This document shows positions 48,151-58,300 of a stretch of 64,000 nt of DNA, in pieces. The position numbers were made by a program, and so were the translations under genes. The notes under the pieces were generated by a model that made no database searches, was not told the DNA's origin, and worked only from the letters and a program-made list of their open reading frames with translations. Source of the stretch: Candidatus Cloacimonadales bacterium (GTDB lineage Bacteria; Cloacimonadota; Cloacimonadia; Cloacimonadales; JAIOQZ01); NCBI GenBank assembly GCA_963662655.2, contig CAXXTU010000002.1, forward strand, positions 1,024,001-1,088,000, written 5' to 3'. Numbering within the stretch: position 1 is the stretch's first letter; each line of letters starts with the position of its first letter.

Positions 48151-49025
48151 ATATCGTGATCAAAATCTGTTCCCCAACACGCGAAGAGATCGGATGGGGC
48201 GACACATGTTTCGCGGACAGCCTCGCAGCGGCCTTCAAGAAGCTGGGGCATCGTGCGGAGGTACGTTGTTACGATCGATGGAACGATGACGACAACGCAT
48301 TCGACACATGCATTTTCATTACCGGACTATTGCAATACCAACCCAGGCCCTATCACCAGAACCTGCTCTGGTGCATCAGCCACCCGGAGATTCGCACGCC
48401 CCGGGAATTGAGTGCTTTCGACCGGGTTTTCATCGCGTCGGAAGCTTTCGCGGACACGGTTCGCAAGGATATTCTCGTACCTGTTCATGTCTTACAGCAA
48501 GCTTACGATCCCACATACATCTATCCGCGCGAGCGCAGGATCGAGCACGAGATTCTGTTTGTGGGAAACAACTATTACCATCACTTCAAGTACCGGAAGA
48601 TCATCGAAGACATTCTGCAAACCTGCTTCGCGAAACGATTCAAGGTTATCGGATCGGGGTGGGACGATGTGTTGCCGAAGAATCAGGTTATTGCCGGGTT
48701 CGTATCGAGCGATCGGCTTCCCGAAGTATACGGCTCTGCGAAGATCAATCTGAACGATCATCATGCCGCCATGCTGAAGTACGGCTTTATCAACAATCGC
48801 ACGTACGATCTGGCAGCGCTGGGTTGCCTTCAGATCAGCGACGCGATTGCAGGTCTGGATAAGCTGGGTGTTCCCGTGTACCACACGCCGGAAGAACTCG
48901 AGAACCTGCTCTACGTATTCCTCAACGACAGCTTCCACGCCGGGCGAACGGCAAAGATATCGCAAATGCTTTGCAAAGAAGCAACGTTCGAGAAGCGCGC
49001 ATTGGAAATTCTTGAGAAGTTATGA
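48147..49025 (+). CDS. Glycosyltransferase (CgeB/YkvP-like)
   Basis: WGD, FVGN, AKINLNDHH, NNRTYD. Confidence 0.75.
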   Translation: MNIVIKICSPTREEIGWGDTCFADSLAAAFKKLGHRAEVRCYDRWNDDDNAFDTCIFITGLLQYQPRPYHQNLLWCISHPEIRTPRELSAFDRVFIASEAFADTVRKDILVPVHVLQQAYDPTYIYPRERRIEHEILFVGNNYYHHFKYRKIIEDILQTCFAKRFKVIGSGWDDVLPKNQVIAGFVSSDRLPEVYGSAKINLNDHHAAMLKYGFINNRTYDLAALGCLQISDAIAGLDKLGVPVYHTPEELENLLYVFLNDSFHAGRTAKISQMLCKEATFEKRALEILEKL

Positions 49026-49049
49026 AGAAACAGAAAGGAATGATTCAAG

Positions 49050-49712
49050 ATGGATTTCGATATTGTCTATCATAAGCTCGAAGAGCATTTTCAGACGGTT
49101 CAGGCTCCGGTTATCGACTTGATTGAAGCGCAGACGAGCGACCCGTTCAAGGTGCTTGTAGGCACGCTTCTCAGCGCGCGAACCAAGGACGAGACAACAA
49201 CGATGGTCACGAAGAAGCTCTTCACGGAAGTCGACACCCCCCAGGATTTACAGAATTTGAGCGTTGAGGAGATCGAGGAACTGATATTTCCCGCCGGATT
49301 CTACCACAACAAGGCCAAGCATCTCAAAGGATTGGCGGATAGGCTGATCGAAGTTTTCGGCGGTGTTGTCCCCGATACGATCGAGGAGTTGGTCACGCTC
49401 CCGGGCGTTGGCAGAAAAACCGCGAACCTCGTGCTGGCCATTGCATTCAGGAAGCCTGCCGTATGTGTTGACGTGCATGTGCATCGCATCATGAACCGGC
49501 TTGGCTACCTCAAGACGAAAGATCCGCTCGAGACTGAGATGGCCTTGCGTAAGAAGATGCCCGAGAAGTATTGGCTGTCGTTCAATTCATACTTCGTCGC
49601 GTTTGGCCAGAACCTGTGCAAGCCGCTCAATCCACGATGCGACCGATGCCCGATTCACGATCAATGTCCGCGCATCGGCGTTCAAACAAAATACCCCCGC
49701 AAGGAGCAGTAG
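49050..49712 (+). CDS. nth: Endonuclease III
   Basis: LLSART, HhH LPGVGRKTA, VDVHVHR, C-x6-C-x2-C-x5-C. Confidence 0.94.
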   Translation: MDFDIVYHKLEEHFQTVQAPVIDLIEAQTSDPFKVLVGTLLSARTKDETTTMVTKKLFTEVDTPQDLQNLSVEEIEELIFPAGFYHNKAKHLKGLADRLIEVFGGVVPDTIEELVTLPGVGRKTANLVLAIAFRKPAVCVDVHVHRIMNRLGYLKTKDPLETEMALRKKMPEKYWLSFNSYFVAFGQNLCKPLNPRCDRCPIHDQCPRIGVQTKYPRKEQ

Positions 49713-50474
49713 ATGATCATACTTTCATGGAACGTTAACGGACTGAGGGCCGTATTGAAAAAAGGATTTCTCGAATTCATCGACAGGGAGCAACCGGACA
49801 TCCTCTGCTTGCAAGAAACCAAGCTGCAAGAGCCCCAAATCCCTACGGAAATCAAAGGTCTTCCTGGCTATCACAAGTATTGGAGTCACGCCGAAAAGAA
49901 AGGCTACTCAGGCGTATGCGTCCTTTCAAAGGAGGAGCCGCTTTCCGTTTCATACTCTATCGGCGAGGAACGATTCGACCGTGAGGGACGCGTGATCCGC
50001 GCCGAGTATCCCGACTTCGTTCTGTTCAACGTCTATTTCCCCAACGGGAAGATGAACGACGACCGGCTGCAATACAAGCTCGATTTCTACGATCGCTTCC
50101 TCGATGTCATGAATGAAGCTGTCAAAACGGGCAAGAACGTTGTTGTCTGCGGCGATTACAACACCGCCCACAAGCCCATCGACCTCGCCAGACCCAAGGC
50201 CAACGAAGAGGTCTCGGGCTTCCTGCCGATCGAGCGGGAATGGATGGACAAGCTCGTCGAGCACGGCTACGTAGACACATTTCGCGCTTTCAACGAGAAA
50301 CCCGAGAAGTATTCTTGGTGGTCGTACATCGGAAACGCACGGTCAAGAAACACGGGCTGGAGAATCGATTACTTCTTCGCCAATCAGGGATTTATGAAGC
50401 ATGTCAGGGACGGTTTTATCCGGCAGGATGTCATGGGCTCCGACCATTGTCCGGTAGGTATCTCTATCGAATAG
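49713..50474 (+). CDS. xth: Exodeoxyribonuclease III / AP endonuclease
   Basis: [29 protein letters not shown]. Confidence 0.95.
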   Translation: MIILSWNVNGLRAVLKKGFLEFIDREQPDILCLQETKLQEPQIPTEIKGLPGYHKYWSHAEKKGYSGVCVLSKEEPLSVSYSIGEERFDREGRVIRAEYPDFVLFNVYFPNGKMNDDRLQYKLDFYDRFLDVMNEAVKTGKNVVVCGDYNTAHKPIDLARPKANEEVSGFLPIEREWMDKLVEHGYVDTFRAFNEKPEKYSWWSYIGNARSRNTGWRIDYFFANQGFMKHVRDGFIRQDVMGSDHCPVGISIE

Positions 50475-50511
50475 TGGAGCGACCTCGCTCTTGAAGTTTT
50501 CCACCAACCCA

Positions 50512-50687
50512 GCGGCGGGGCGGCGGGTGTGCTACGCACACAATAGAATCGCTCATTCAAACCACTGTTTGAATGAGCGATTCTATCCAGAAGCCCATAG
50601 AAAAATCCAGCAGCGTGCTTTCCATCGACCTCCGACCGATAAAAGCATGCTGCTGGATTCAAAGGGCTTCTGCCGCCGCCCCGCCGC
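50512..50687. other. Four-way-junction structured non-coding element
   Basis: 15-bp GC-only closing stem enclosing 6-bp, 20-bp and 9+18-bp hairpins. Confidence 0.75.
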
Positions 50688-50704
50688 GTAGATAGCGCAC
50701 CGAA

Positions 50705-51709
50705 TCAACGTCCGCTATCTTCCTCCGATTGCTTTTCGAAGAGAGACATTCCCGTGAAACTGAGAACCGTCGTGCCGATAATCACAATCAGCAGCCCCGT
50801 CATGATGTGCCCGAAAGCCATGACAGCGCTCACCAGATTGCGGTCGAGCCCGAAACCGATGCTGAAGATGAGTACCATCAGCAGTTCGTGACTTCCGATC
50901 TGAGCCGGAGGATGCGGCAAAACGTACGAAAGATAGATCAGCGTATAACCGAACAGAATCACCCAGAAACTGACATTCACGCCAAAGGCCCAGTAGAGCA
51001 ACAGAATGAACAGGCTCTCCGTGACTACAGGCAACACGGTCAATACCGCTATCTCAGGCAACAGCTTAAGATGATGGCGGAAGAGACCGATCCCCTCCAC
51101 GAACAGGCTCGACATGTCCTGCATTTTCTCGTTGTACTTCTTCGGGACAAAGAAAAGCAGCTTCATGATGAAGCGCGTCGTTTTCTCATGCGCGATCGTA
51201 GCCGCGACCATGATCCCGATTCCGAAAGCGACGATCGCCAGAATCAGGTAGATCAGCATCCACAAGGAACGATTCAGATTGATCGGCAGAAATGGGATAA
51301 GCGCCAACACCATGAAGATCGCCATCGAATCGAAGATTTTATCGATAAAGACCGTTGGAAAGGTCTGAGAAACCTTCATATCGTATTTCTTCTTGAGAAA
51401 AAGACATTTTGTGAGTTCCCCGGCACGAATGGGGATCAGGTAGTTGAGGAAATTGCTGGCCATGTAATATCCGAAGACCGGTACAGGAGGAACCTTCTTG
51501 ATGGTTGACAGGATCGTGTTCCAGCGCATCGCGCGAAGGAAATAGGAGACCAGGTACACAAGCGCTGAAAGCCCTGCCAGGCGGATATCGACCTTTTTCA
51601 GGTACGAAAGGAAGATCGAGATATCGATAACATGGAACCACACAGCAAGAAACACGATTCCCAGCGCCAGACTCAATATCGTGCGTAACGTTTTACTTTT
51701 CATCAGCAT
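50705..51709 (-). CDS. Lysylphosphatidylglycerol synthase TM-domain / flippase-like protein
   Basis: RAMRW, NYLIPIRAGE, PHPPAQIGSHE, multi-TM. Confidence 0.85.
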   Translation of the reverse strand: MLMKSKTLRTILSLALGIVFLAVWFHVIDISIFLSYLKKVDIRLAGLSALVYLVSYFLRAMRWNTILSTIKKVPPVPVFGYYMASNFLNYLIPIRAGELTKCLFLKKKYDMKVSQTFPTVFIDKIFDSMAIFMVLALIPFLPINLNRSLWMLIYLILAIVAFGIGIMVAATIAHEKTTRFIMKLLFFVPKKYNEKMQDMSSLFVEGIGLFRHHLKLLPEIAVLTVLPVVTESLFILLLYWAFGVNVSFWVILFGYTLIYLSYVLPHPPAQIGSHELLMVLIFSIGFGLDRNLVSAVMAFGHIMTGLLIVIIGTTVLSFTGMSLFEKQSEEDSGR

Positions 51710-52811
51710 AATTTTCCGGATTCGAGAAACCTTTCACGTGTATTCGATTATTAGGACATCCATCAAAACAGCGCAAACACCGCAAGCATTTTTTCGCATC
51801 GATACGCCAATCCTCTCGAATCGCGCTGACCGGACAACCTTCGAGGCACTTACGGCATTCCGCACATGCTGGAAACGGATTGATGTAGGGGTGCGTTCCA
51901 AACTTTCCCGACTTGTAGAGAAATTCGTTGAAGTGCACCCTGAAAATCTTCTCCCACAGCAAATCCACCACATACAACCCACGATAGAACATACGGTACA
52001 CCACTCCCTGCTGCGGTAACAGGAATTTTCGTGGTCGGATGTCGCCTTTTACCTCAATGTCCTCTGGAGGTTCGGCCATTCGAATGTAATCGATCGATCG
52101 CCAGTCAATCCCCATGGAATCGCAGAGAACCTTGTCCAAAGCTTTCTGGTTCGTCGAGGCGAACAGCATGTTCGTCCGGACAACCGTGCCGTAAACCGCA
52201 CCGTCACCTTCCATGCTGTTGATTGCATCGCAGATCGTGAGCTCGGGCTGAATGAGCCTGACAAGGTCTGCGATGCACGCATGGATTCCCCGTATGTGCA
52301 TCTGCTTGCGGGTTCTGTTGTTGATAAGCCCCATCAGGTTCTTCATTCCGGTCGTGACACCGGTGATAACATGGGTTTTCAGCACAGGGAGGTTGATTAG
52401 CTTCGCGTCCATCAATACCGGATTCACGTATGCCCGTTTCAGCAGCTTCGCACCAGGGATCCTCTTGCAAACATACTCTTTCTCGCCAGGAGTGACAATC
52501 TCCAGCACTCCCTCTTCGAAGAGCTTCTCCAAGCCGAGAAATGCGAACACTTCCTCCGTCCGGAACTCCATCCCGGGAAGTTCGGTGAGGATTGGCCTCG
52601 CTCCAAGCTTCTTCAGGCGCAGCGCTATCACTCGGATCAAATCGAGATTGGTGGTCGCGCCGGAAGAATTCTCTCGGGGAGCAACGAAATTCGGCTTGAG
52701 AACAACGTTGTCGCCATATCCGAATAGCGAATCGAATCCGATTTCATCCAGAAATCGCTCGCTATCGGTATGAATATCTTTGATTCGACTGGCGTATACA
52801 ACGGGCTTCAT
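51693..52811 (-). CDS. DUF362 protein with C-terminal 2x[4Fe-4S] ferredoxin domain
   Basis: VLKPNFV, NLPVLKTH, GMKNLMG, MEGDG, two CxxCxxCxxxCP. Confidence 0.85.
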   Translation of the reverse strand: MKPVVYASRIKDIHTDSERFLDEIGFDSLFGYGDNVVLKPNFVAPRENSSGATTNLDLIRVIALRLKKLGARPILTELPGMEFRTEEVFAFLGLEKLFEEGVLEIVTPGEKEYVCKRIPGAKLLKRAYVNPVLMDAKLINLPVLKTHVITGVTTGMKNLMGLINNRTRKQMHIRGIHACIADLVRLIQPELTICDAINSMEGDGAVYGTVVRTNMLFASTNQKALDKVLCDSMGIDWRSIDYIRMAEPPEDIEVKGDIRPRKFLLPQQGVVYRMFYRGLYVVDLLWEKIFRVHFNEFLYKSGKFGTHPYINPFPACAECRKCLEGCPVSAIREDWRIDAKKCLRCLRCFDGCPNNRIHVKGFSNPENYADEK

Positions 52812-52928
52812 GGGTGCTCCTGATCTAGATTGTAGCTTATCAAAACTTCGATACCCTACAGGTCAAGGATTTTGTGCTAAACGCAGATATGTGTTCTTTA
52901 TTCGCATGGTTCATGCATCTTCCCCATG

Positions 52929-53711
52929 TTAGGAAACCGATTCTGCGGAATCCTCTTCATTTGAATTGGTCAAAGCCTGCATTTTCGTCGCATCGAGTTT
53001 CATCCGGGACTTTCTTTTCACCGCCCGGGATGCCAGAGGTAGCGTAACAGGTAAAGTGATATAGAGGAACCCTGCGGCGAACGCAGCGTAGAAAGGCAAC
53101 AACCATGCCATGATCGCAGAAGTCAAGCCGGTTCCCGCGGAAACGAGGAAACGCACCATCACGGCAAGCGTAGCGATTTGCTCGTTCTCATCGAGTAAAA
53201 GCTCTTTCCGATTCCGGTATGCTTGCAGGTAAAGCATCGCCATCATGAAAGTTAGTGATGCGAATGCCAAACCATAGCTGATGAACAAACCGAATAGCTC
53301 ATCAACGGTTTGAAGGCGGAACTCGGCAGGCAACCAACCGCCGCTAATCCATGCAAACAGAGCAGAGAACATTAACCGTAACGGATAGATGCAAACCAGC
53401 AGGATGAAAACGAGCATGATGCTGATGAACGTCGTGAATCCGTCTTCGAGCCCGTACCTCCGGCTCCAGTTACGGTGCGCCAGCCAGAACGATATGATCA
53501 CGGCGAAACTCGCCCCGAATGTGGGAACGCTCTTGAGCGCCAGCATCATCTCGCTGTAGCTTTGCGGAATTTTATCCACGGAAATCACCATCATGGTGAG
53601 TGCGAACGCAAAGGCCGCGTCTACAAACGTTTCCAGACGGGTCATATCCAAACCGCGCTGTCGAAATCCGTCTTTAACCGGCAACTCCCTCAATACTTCT
53701 TCAGTCAACAC
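52929..53711 (-). CDS. TMEM175/DUF1211 potassium channel-like protein
   Basis: RLETFVDAAFAFALTMMV, FWLAH, 6 TM. Confidence 0.8.
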   Translation of the reverse strand: MLTEEVLRELPVKDGFRQRGLDMTRLETFVDAAFAFALTMMVISVDKIPQSYSEMMLALKSVPTFGASFAVIISFWLAHRNWSRRYGLEDGFTTFISIMLVFILLVCIYPLRLMFSALFAWISGGWLPAEFRLQTVDELFGLFISYGLAFASLTFMMAMLYLQAYRNRKELLLDENEQIATLAVMVRFLVSAGTGLTSAIMAWLLPFYAAFAAGFLYITLPVTLPLASRAVKRKSRMKLDATKMQALTNSNEEDSAESVS

Positions 53712-55071
53712 GCATCGCTCCCTGTTGCCCCTCTCTCATGAGCCAGAAGGGGATAACCTGAACGCTCTCCATGCTACCTTTTCCGATTGTCACTTCATGC
53801 AAGCCATTGGGAATGCCCGAAAGCGGTATATAAGTAAGAAACCCTATCTCCTGCTCGTTAGGAAACCGATAGTACCTGAACTCGCAATCGCAATGAATCG
53901 TGTCGTCGATCGTTACCTGATAAAGCCTCTCGAAGAAATCAAGCACAGCCTTGTGCGGCTTCCTGCCCTGAGATAGATTAATGCTGATATACTCCATGAA
54001 AATCGACTTATGGAATGGCTCGACACCAGGAAGCGAATCGGCGATGCTCTGATCATCTTCAAGCGAGTAGGGAATGTACAAACGCAAATACGGTTCCGTG
54101 ATCAGCTCCGATTGAATCGTGGCCAGAGTCCACATTCGAAGCCTTCCGTCACTCGAACTACCTTCGGCTCCCCCACGCGTGACCTGATCCTCGTATTCGT
54201 TTGGATTAATCATATACTGGTTTCCGCTGATCGGGAAAAAGGTGCGGTTGTCGACCCGAATCCCGGCGAAAATAACGACGATCACAACGATGTAAAGAAT
54301 CAATATTGCCCTGAATCGCTTGTTTGGCAGAGAGCGTTTCAATAACTCGTAAATCTGACGTGCAAGAAAACCGAGCGTGAGATACCCCATCCAGCGCGAC
54401 ACGAAATGAAACGGTACCGAGAACCAATTCCTCTTGATTTCACCTACCTTTCCCAGCGTCAGAAAATCAACTGCCTTAAGGACACCGAAGATGGTGATCA
54501 GAATGAAAAGGGTAACCGAGATGACTCTATATGGTATCACCATGAAAGCTGGTACCGGGATATTGACGACTACAGCAAGAAGCGACCAATAGATCATGAA
54601 AACACTGCTCGCGATGGTGATGAAAACGATCAGGAACGTCAGCGCAAACATGACGCTGCACACGTCATCCAGCTTCCGAATGCTACGTTGCAGCCTCCGA
54701 CCGGCACTACGATCACTCTTGTCTCGCAACGTCGAATCAAGCCCGATCATCCCAACCCAGTATCCGCGCAGAATCAACTGGAGCACGAGATTGATGATGA
54801 TCACCTTTACACTGGTGTCCAGCATCCGCCAGATCGCGCCTACAGAATTGCGAGCGAAGCTGGACAGCACCTGTAATCCCATCATCGATTTAAGGTTAAC
54901 GAGCAAATCCGGTACCTGGAAAAGTCCCACCAGCACAAATCCGGTGATGAGCAATTCCATCTCCCAGCTATTGTTGCGTAGATGGTCGAGCCAGTTCCGC
55001 CCGAAAAGCTCATTGTCTGATGACGAATATCTGTTGGAATTCAAATTCTCTCCCCATGAGGTTTTCTGCAC
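53701..55071 (-). CDS. Hypothetical membrane protein (start uncertain)
   Basis: Long ORF; SWEMELLITG, LRGYWVGMIGL, several TMs plus a soluble C-terminus. Confidence 0.7.
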   Translation of the reverse strand: MQKTSWGENLNSNRYSSSDNELFGRNWLDHLRNNSWEMELLITGFVLVGLFQVPDLLVNLKSMMGLQVLSSFARNSVGAIWRMLDTSVKVIIINLVLQLILRGYWVGMIGLDSTLRDKSDRSAGRRLQRSIRKLDDVCSVMFALTFLIVFITIASSVFMIYWSLLAVVVNIPVPAFMVIPYRVISVTLFILITIFGVLKAVDFLTLGKVGEIKRNWFSVPFHFVSRWMGYLTLGFLARQIYELLKRSLPNKRFRAILILYIVVIVVIFAGIRVDNRTFFPISGNQYMINPNEYEDQVTRGGAEGSSSDGRLRMWTLATIQSELITEPYLRLYIPYSLEDDQSIADSLPGVEPFHKSIFMEYISINLSQGRKPHKAVLDFFERLYQVTIDDTIHCDCEFRYYRFPNEQEIGFLTYIPLSGIPNGLHEVTIGKGSMESVQVIPFWLMREGQQGAMRVD

Positions 55072-55321
55072 TGATGAAACACAAAATCAATATGTCAAGA
55101 TTTTTTAAACTCCACTCCCAATCCAAGTTGAGATCACTTCCTCGAATTCATTTTTCCTATCGATTCTTCCAGGTATAAAGTCTCGCCCCACTTGGCAGAA
55201 ATTACGATCGATCAGGGGGACGGGACATTATAAACAATCCGAATTTACTTGACGGGTATCAATCGATAATTCAATTTTAAACAACATACGTACTTCAAAC
55301 CAATCCACTGAAGGAGTTGTC

Positions 55322-58300
55322 ATGAAAAACCTTTCCATGATCATTTTTTTCTTCTTGATAATCATTCCATTGCTCTCGACATCGTACGTTGTTGCACCGG
55401 GCACCACCTCGTCACCGTACAGCCCCTTCTCCATAGCGTACGAGTACGGGTGGTCCCGAATGTTCTACACTGCAACGGACCTGGCTGAAGCAGGCTTGAC
55501 CAGGCCTGCGGATATCATCGCACTGGGATTCGATGTCAACTACTGCAACGACAACATAATTAGAACCAATCAATCGATATACATGAAACACACCCAATCG
55601 ACGCTCGACACCTCCTACCCCGGCACGAGCGGTTATACAAGCGTGTTCTCGGGAACGGTTCGAGCCCATGAAACGGGCTGGATCACCATCATCCTCGATG
55701 CCCCATTCGCTTGGAACGGCTCCGATAATATTGAAATTCTATGGGAAAATCACTCTGGCGCATCGATCAACATCAGTTTCGGATTCAGCGCAGAATATCT
55801 ACCCTACAACGCATACCAATCATCATACAAACGGCAAAACGGCTCGTTTCCGACAAGCGCCGGATCAAGCCATCAGGCGTTGCCGACCGTAAAAATGTTC
55901 ACGAGCATCGACGCGATACCGGATATACCGGCTTTCGAATACCCGGAAGACGGTAAACTCGCCGTTCCGGACCCCATGATGCTCTGGCACAGCCAGGGCG
56001 AAAACCCGCCCACATCCTGGGATGTCTATTTCGGAACGACCAATCCTCCCGCCTTCAGCCACAATCAGACAAATGACTTCTACCAACCTTCGTGCGTCGC
56101 GGGGCAGGAATACTTCTGGCAAATTGTCCCTCAGAATGCCCATGGCAGCCCGTCCGGCAGCCCGATTATGTCCTTCACCATACCGGACGAATCCATGAAT
56201 TTCGTGGGATTCGAGGATACGACATTTCCACCGGCCGGTTGGATTTTCAACGGCAATGTTACCCGGCAATACCACAGCTTCAATCCATTCCTGAACGGAA
56301 ATTATTACGCACATGCGTACTCGCCGAGCTACCTCGTCAGCCCTAAAGTAACCGTTTCACAGGGAGCCGCTTTCGACTTCTCTCTCATGGGCTTACCGAG
56401 CAATGAAGTCGACCTGTTGATTTCCTCGAACGCCATTGACTGGACGGACTCCGGGCTGTCTTTCAGCACAACCGAGGATCTCGTCTGGACGCAAGCACAC
56501 GTGGTTTTGAGTGATTTCCTGTCACCCGGAGACTACTACCTGCGCTTGAATGTGGACAATCAGGAATACACGTATTGCAGGCTGGACAATATCTTCTACC
56601 CTGAAATAGCACCGTCGCCACCGGCTCCAGCGGCGAATCTTGCTCCCGAGGTTGGCGAAACCATCTTCGGACTCGGCTCCGAAACGCTCTCCTGGGAACC
56701 GACCGCCGGACTTGTCGAAAGCTACGACATCTATTTTGGAACCGAGAACCCGCCGCCGTTCCTGGTGAATCAAACCGCCGCAAGCTATACCTGCACCGAC
56801 CTCGCGGCAAATCAGACCTACTACTGGAAAGTCCTTCCCCGCAACGAATACGGAGTAGCGGAGGATTGTCCGGTGTGGCTTTTCCACACGCCGAGCGCAA
56901 CCCAGATACAGGAGGGATTCGAAAGTACAACGTTCCCCCCAGCCGGGTGGAATTTCTCTGGCACGTTCAACCGAGCGTACTTCACCAATATTGAAGGATC
57001 GTATTGTGCGCAACTTCAAGCATTACCAAGCAACACCGGAATCATGACAACCCCACGGGTTGAAATCACGGAAAACTCGGTGTTCGATTTCATGGCGCAC
57101 AAACAAAACTCTTCGACTCCGGCAATGCTGCAAGTCCAGTATTCACTCGACGGCTCACAGTGGGATGTTCTCGGCGAATTCGAGGATTTCAATTCTTCGG
57201 CATACAATCCGACAAGGATTCAGGTGGATTTGTCGTCGATATTCGATCCGGGGACCCAACTCTTCCTGATGATCAAAGGGATCCCCACGGGGACTTCCAC
57301 CACCAGCTTCTATATTGACCGCATCATCGGCCCGGAAGTCGTGGGCGGTGTGCCCGGCGCGCCATCAATCATCGGCCCGGCAGACAGAGGCTGGCTGCTC
57401 ACGAACGAAACGCTTCGCTGGACATCACTCGCCGGAGTAACGGACAGCTACGATGTCTATTTTGGGACAACCGATCCGCCGCCGTTTATCCAGAATCAAA
57501 CCGGAACGAGCTATCTGCCGACCGTCGAGGCCGGGGAGCAGTACTATTGGAAAGTCGTTCCCCGCAACAGCGAAGGCGAGTTACTCAATTGCCCGGTATA
57601 TTCCGTTCGAACGCCAACTGCAAGTCAACTGGCAGAAAGCTTCGAGAATTATCCGCCGTTCCCACCGGATGGATGGATAAACCAGAGCGCTTTTCAGATT
57701 TGGTCCAATCCCAGCTATGCTTATCATGGGGCATTCATAACGGCAATAAGGAACAACACAGGAATACTGATCACTCCCAAGCTGGACATTACCGCCACAA
57801 CGGAATTCGAGTTTTACGCCAAAAACCACACCCCTGGCGGTGAGAAGAGCATCCAGTTAAAATGGACCGTCAACGGCAGCGACTGGTATCCCCTCGGCGA
57901 CGAGATCGATATCAGCTATCAATATGAATGGAAGCGATTCACCTTCGATCTCGCGGAGGCGGCTCAATCACATGATGCCTGCTACGTAGGAATTGAAGTT
58001 GATCCCGATTACAACTGCGGATATGTTATGCTCGATCATATCGTTGGGCCGGAGCGTGTAATGGACCCCGTGCCGGAACCTGCTGTTCGCATGTTCCCCC
58101 AAGAGAACGGTTGGATGTTTACGGACGAATCGCTGGAGTGGAAGAGCCTCATCAACGTATGCACCAGCTATGACGTATATTTTGGAACCGACAATCCGCC
58201 TCCGTTTATCCAGAATCAAACGGAAACCAGCTTCAGCCCGACACTTGATGCAGGGGAAACCTATTACTGGAAAATCGTCCCCTACAACGAGAACGGACCA

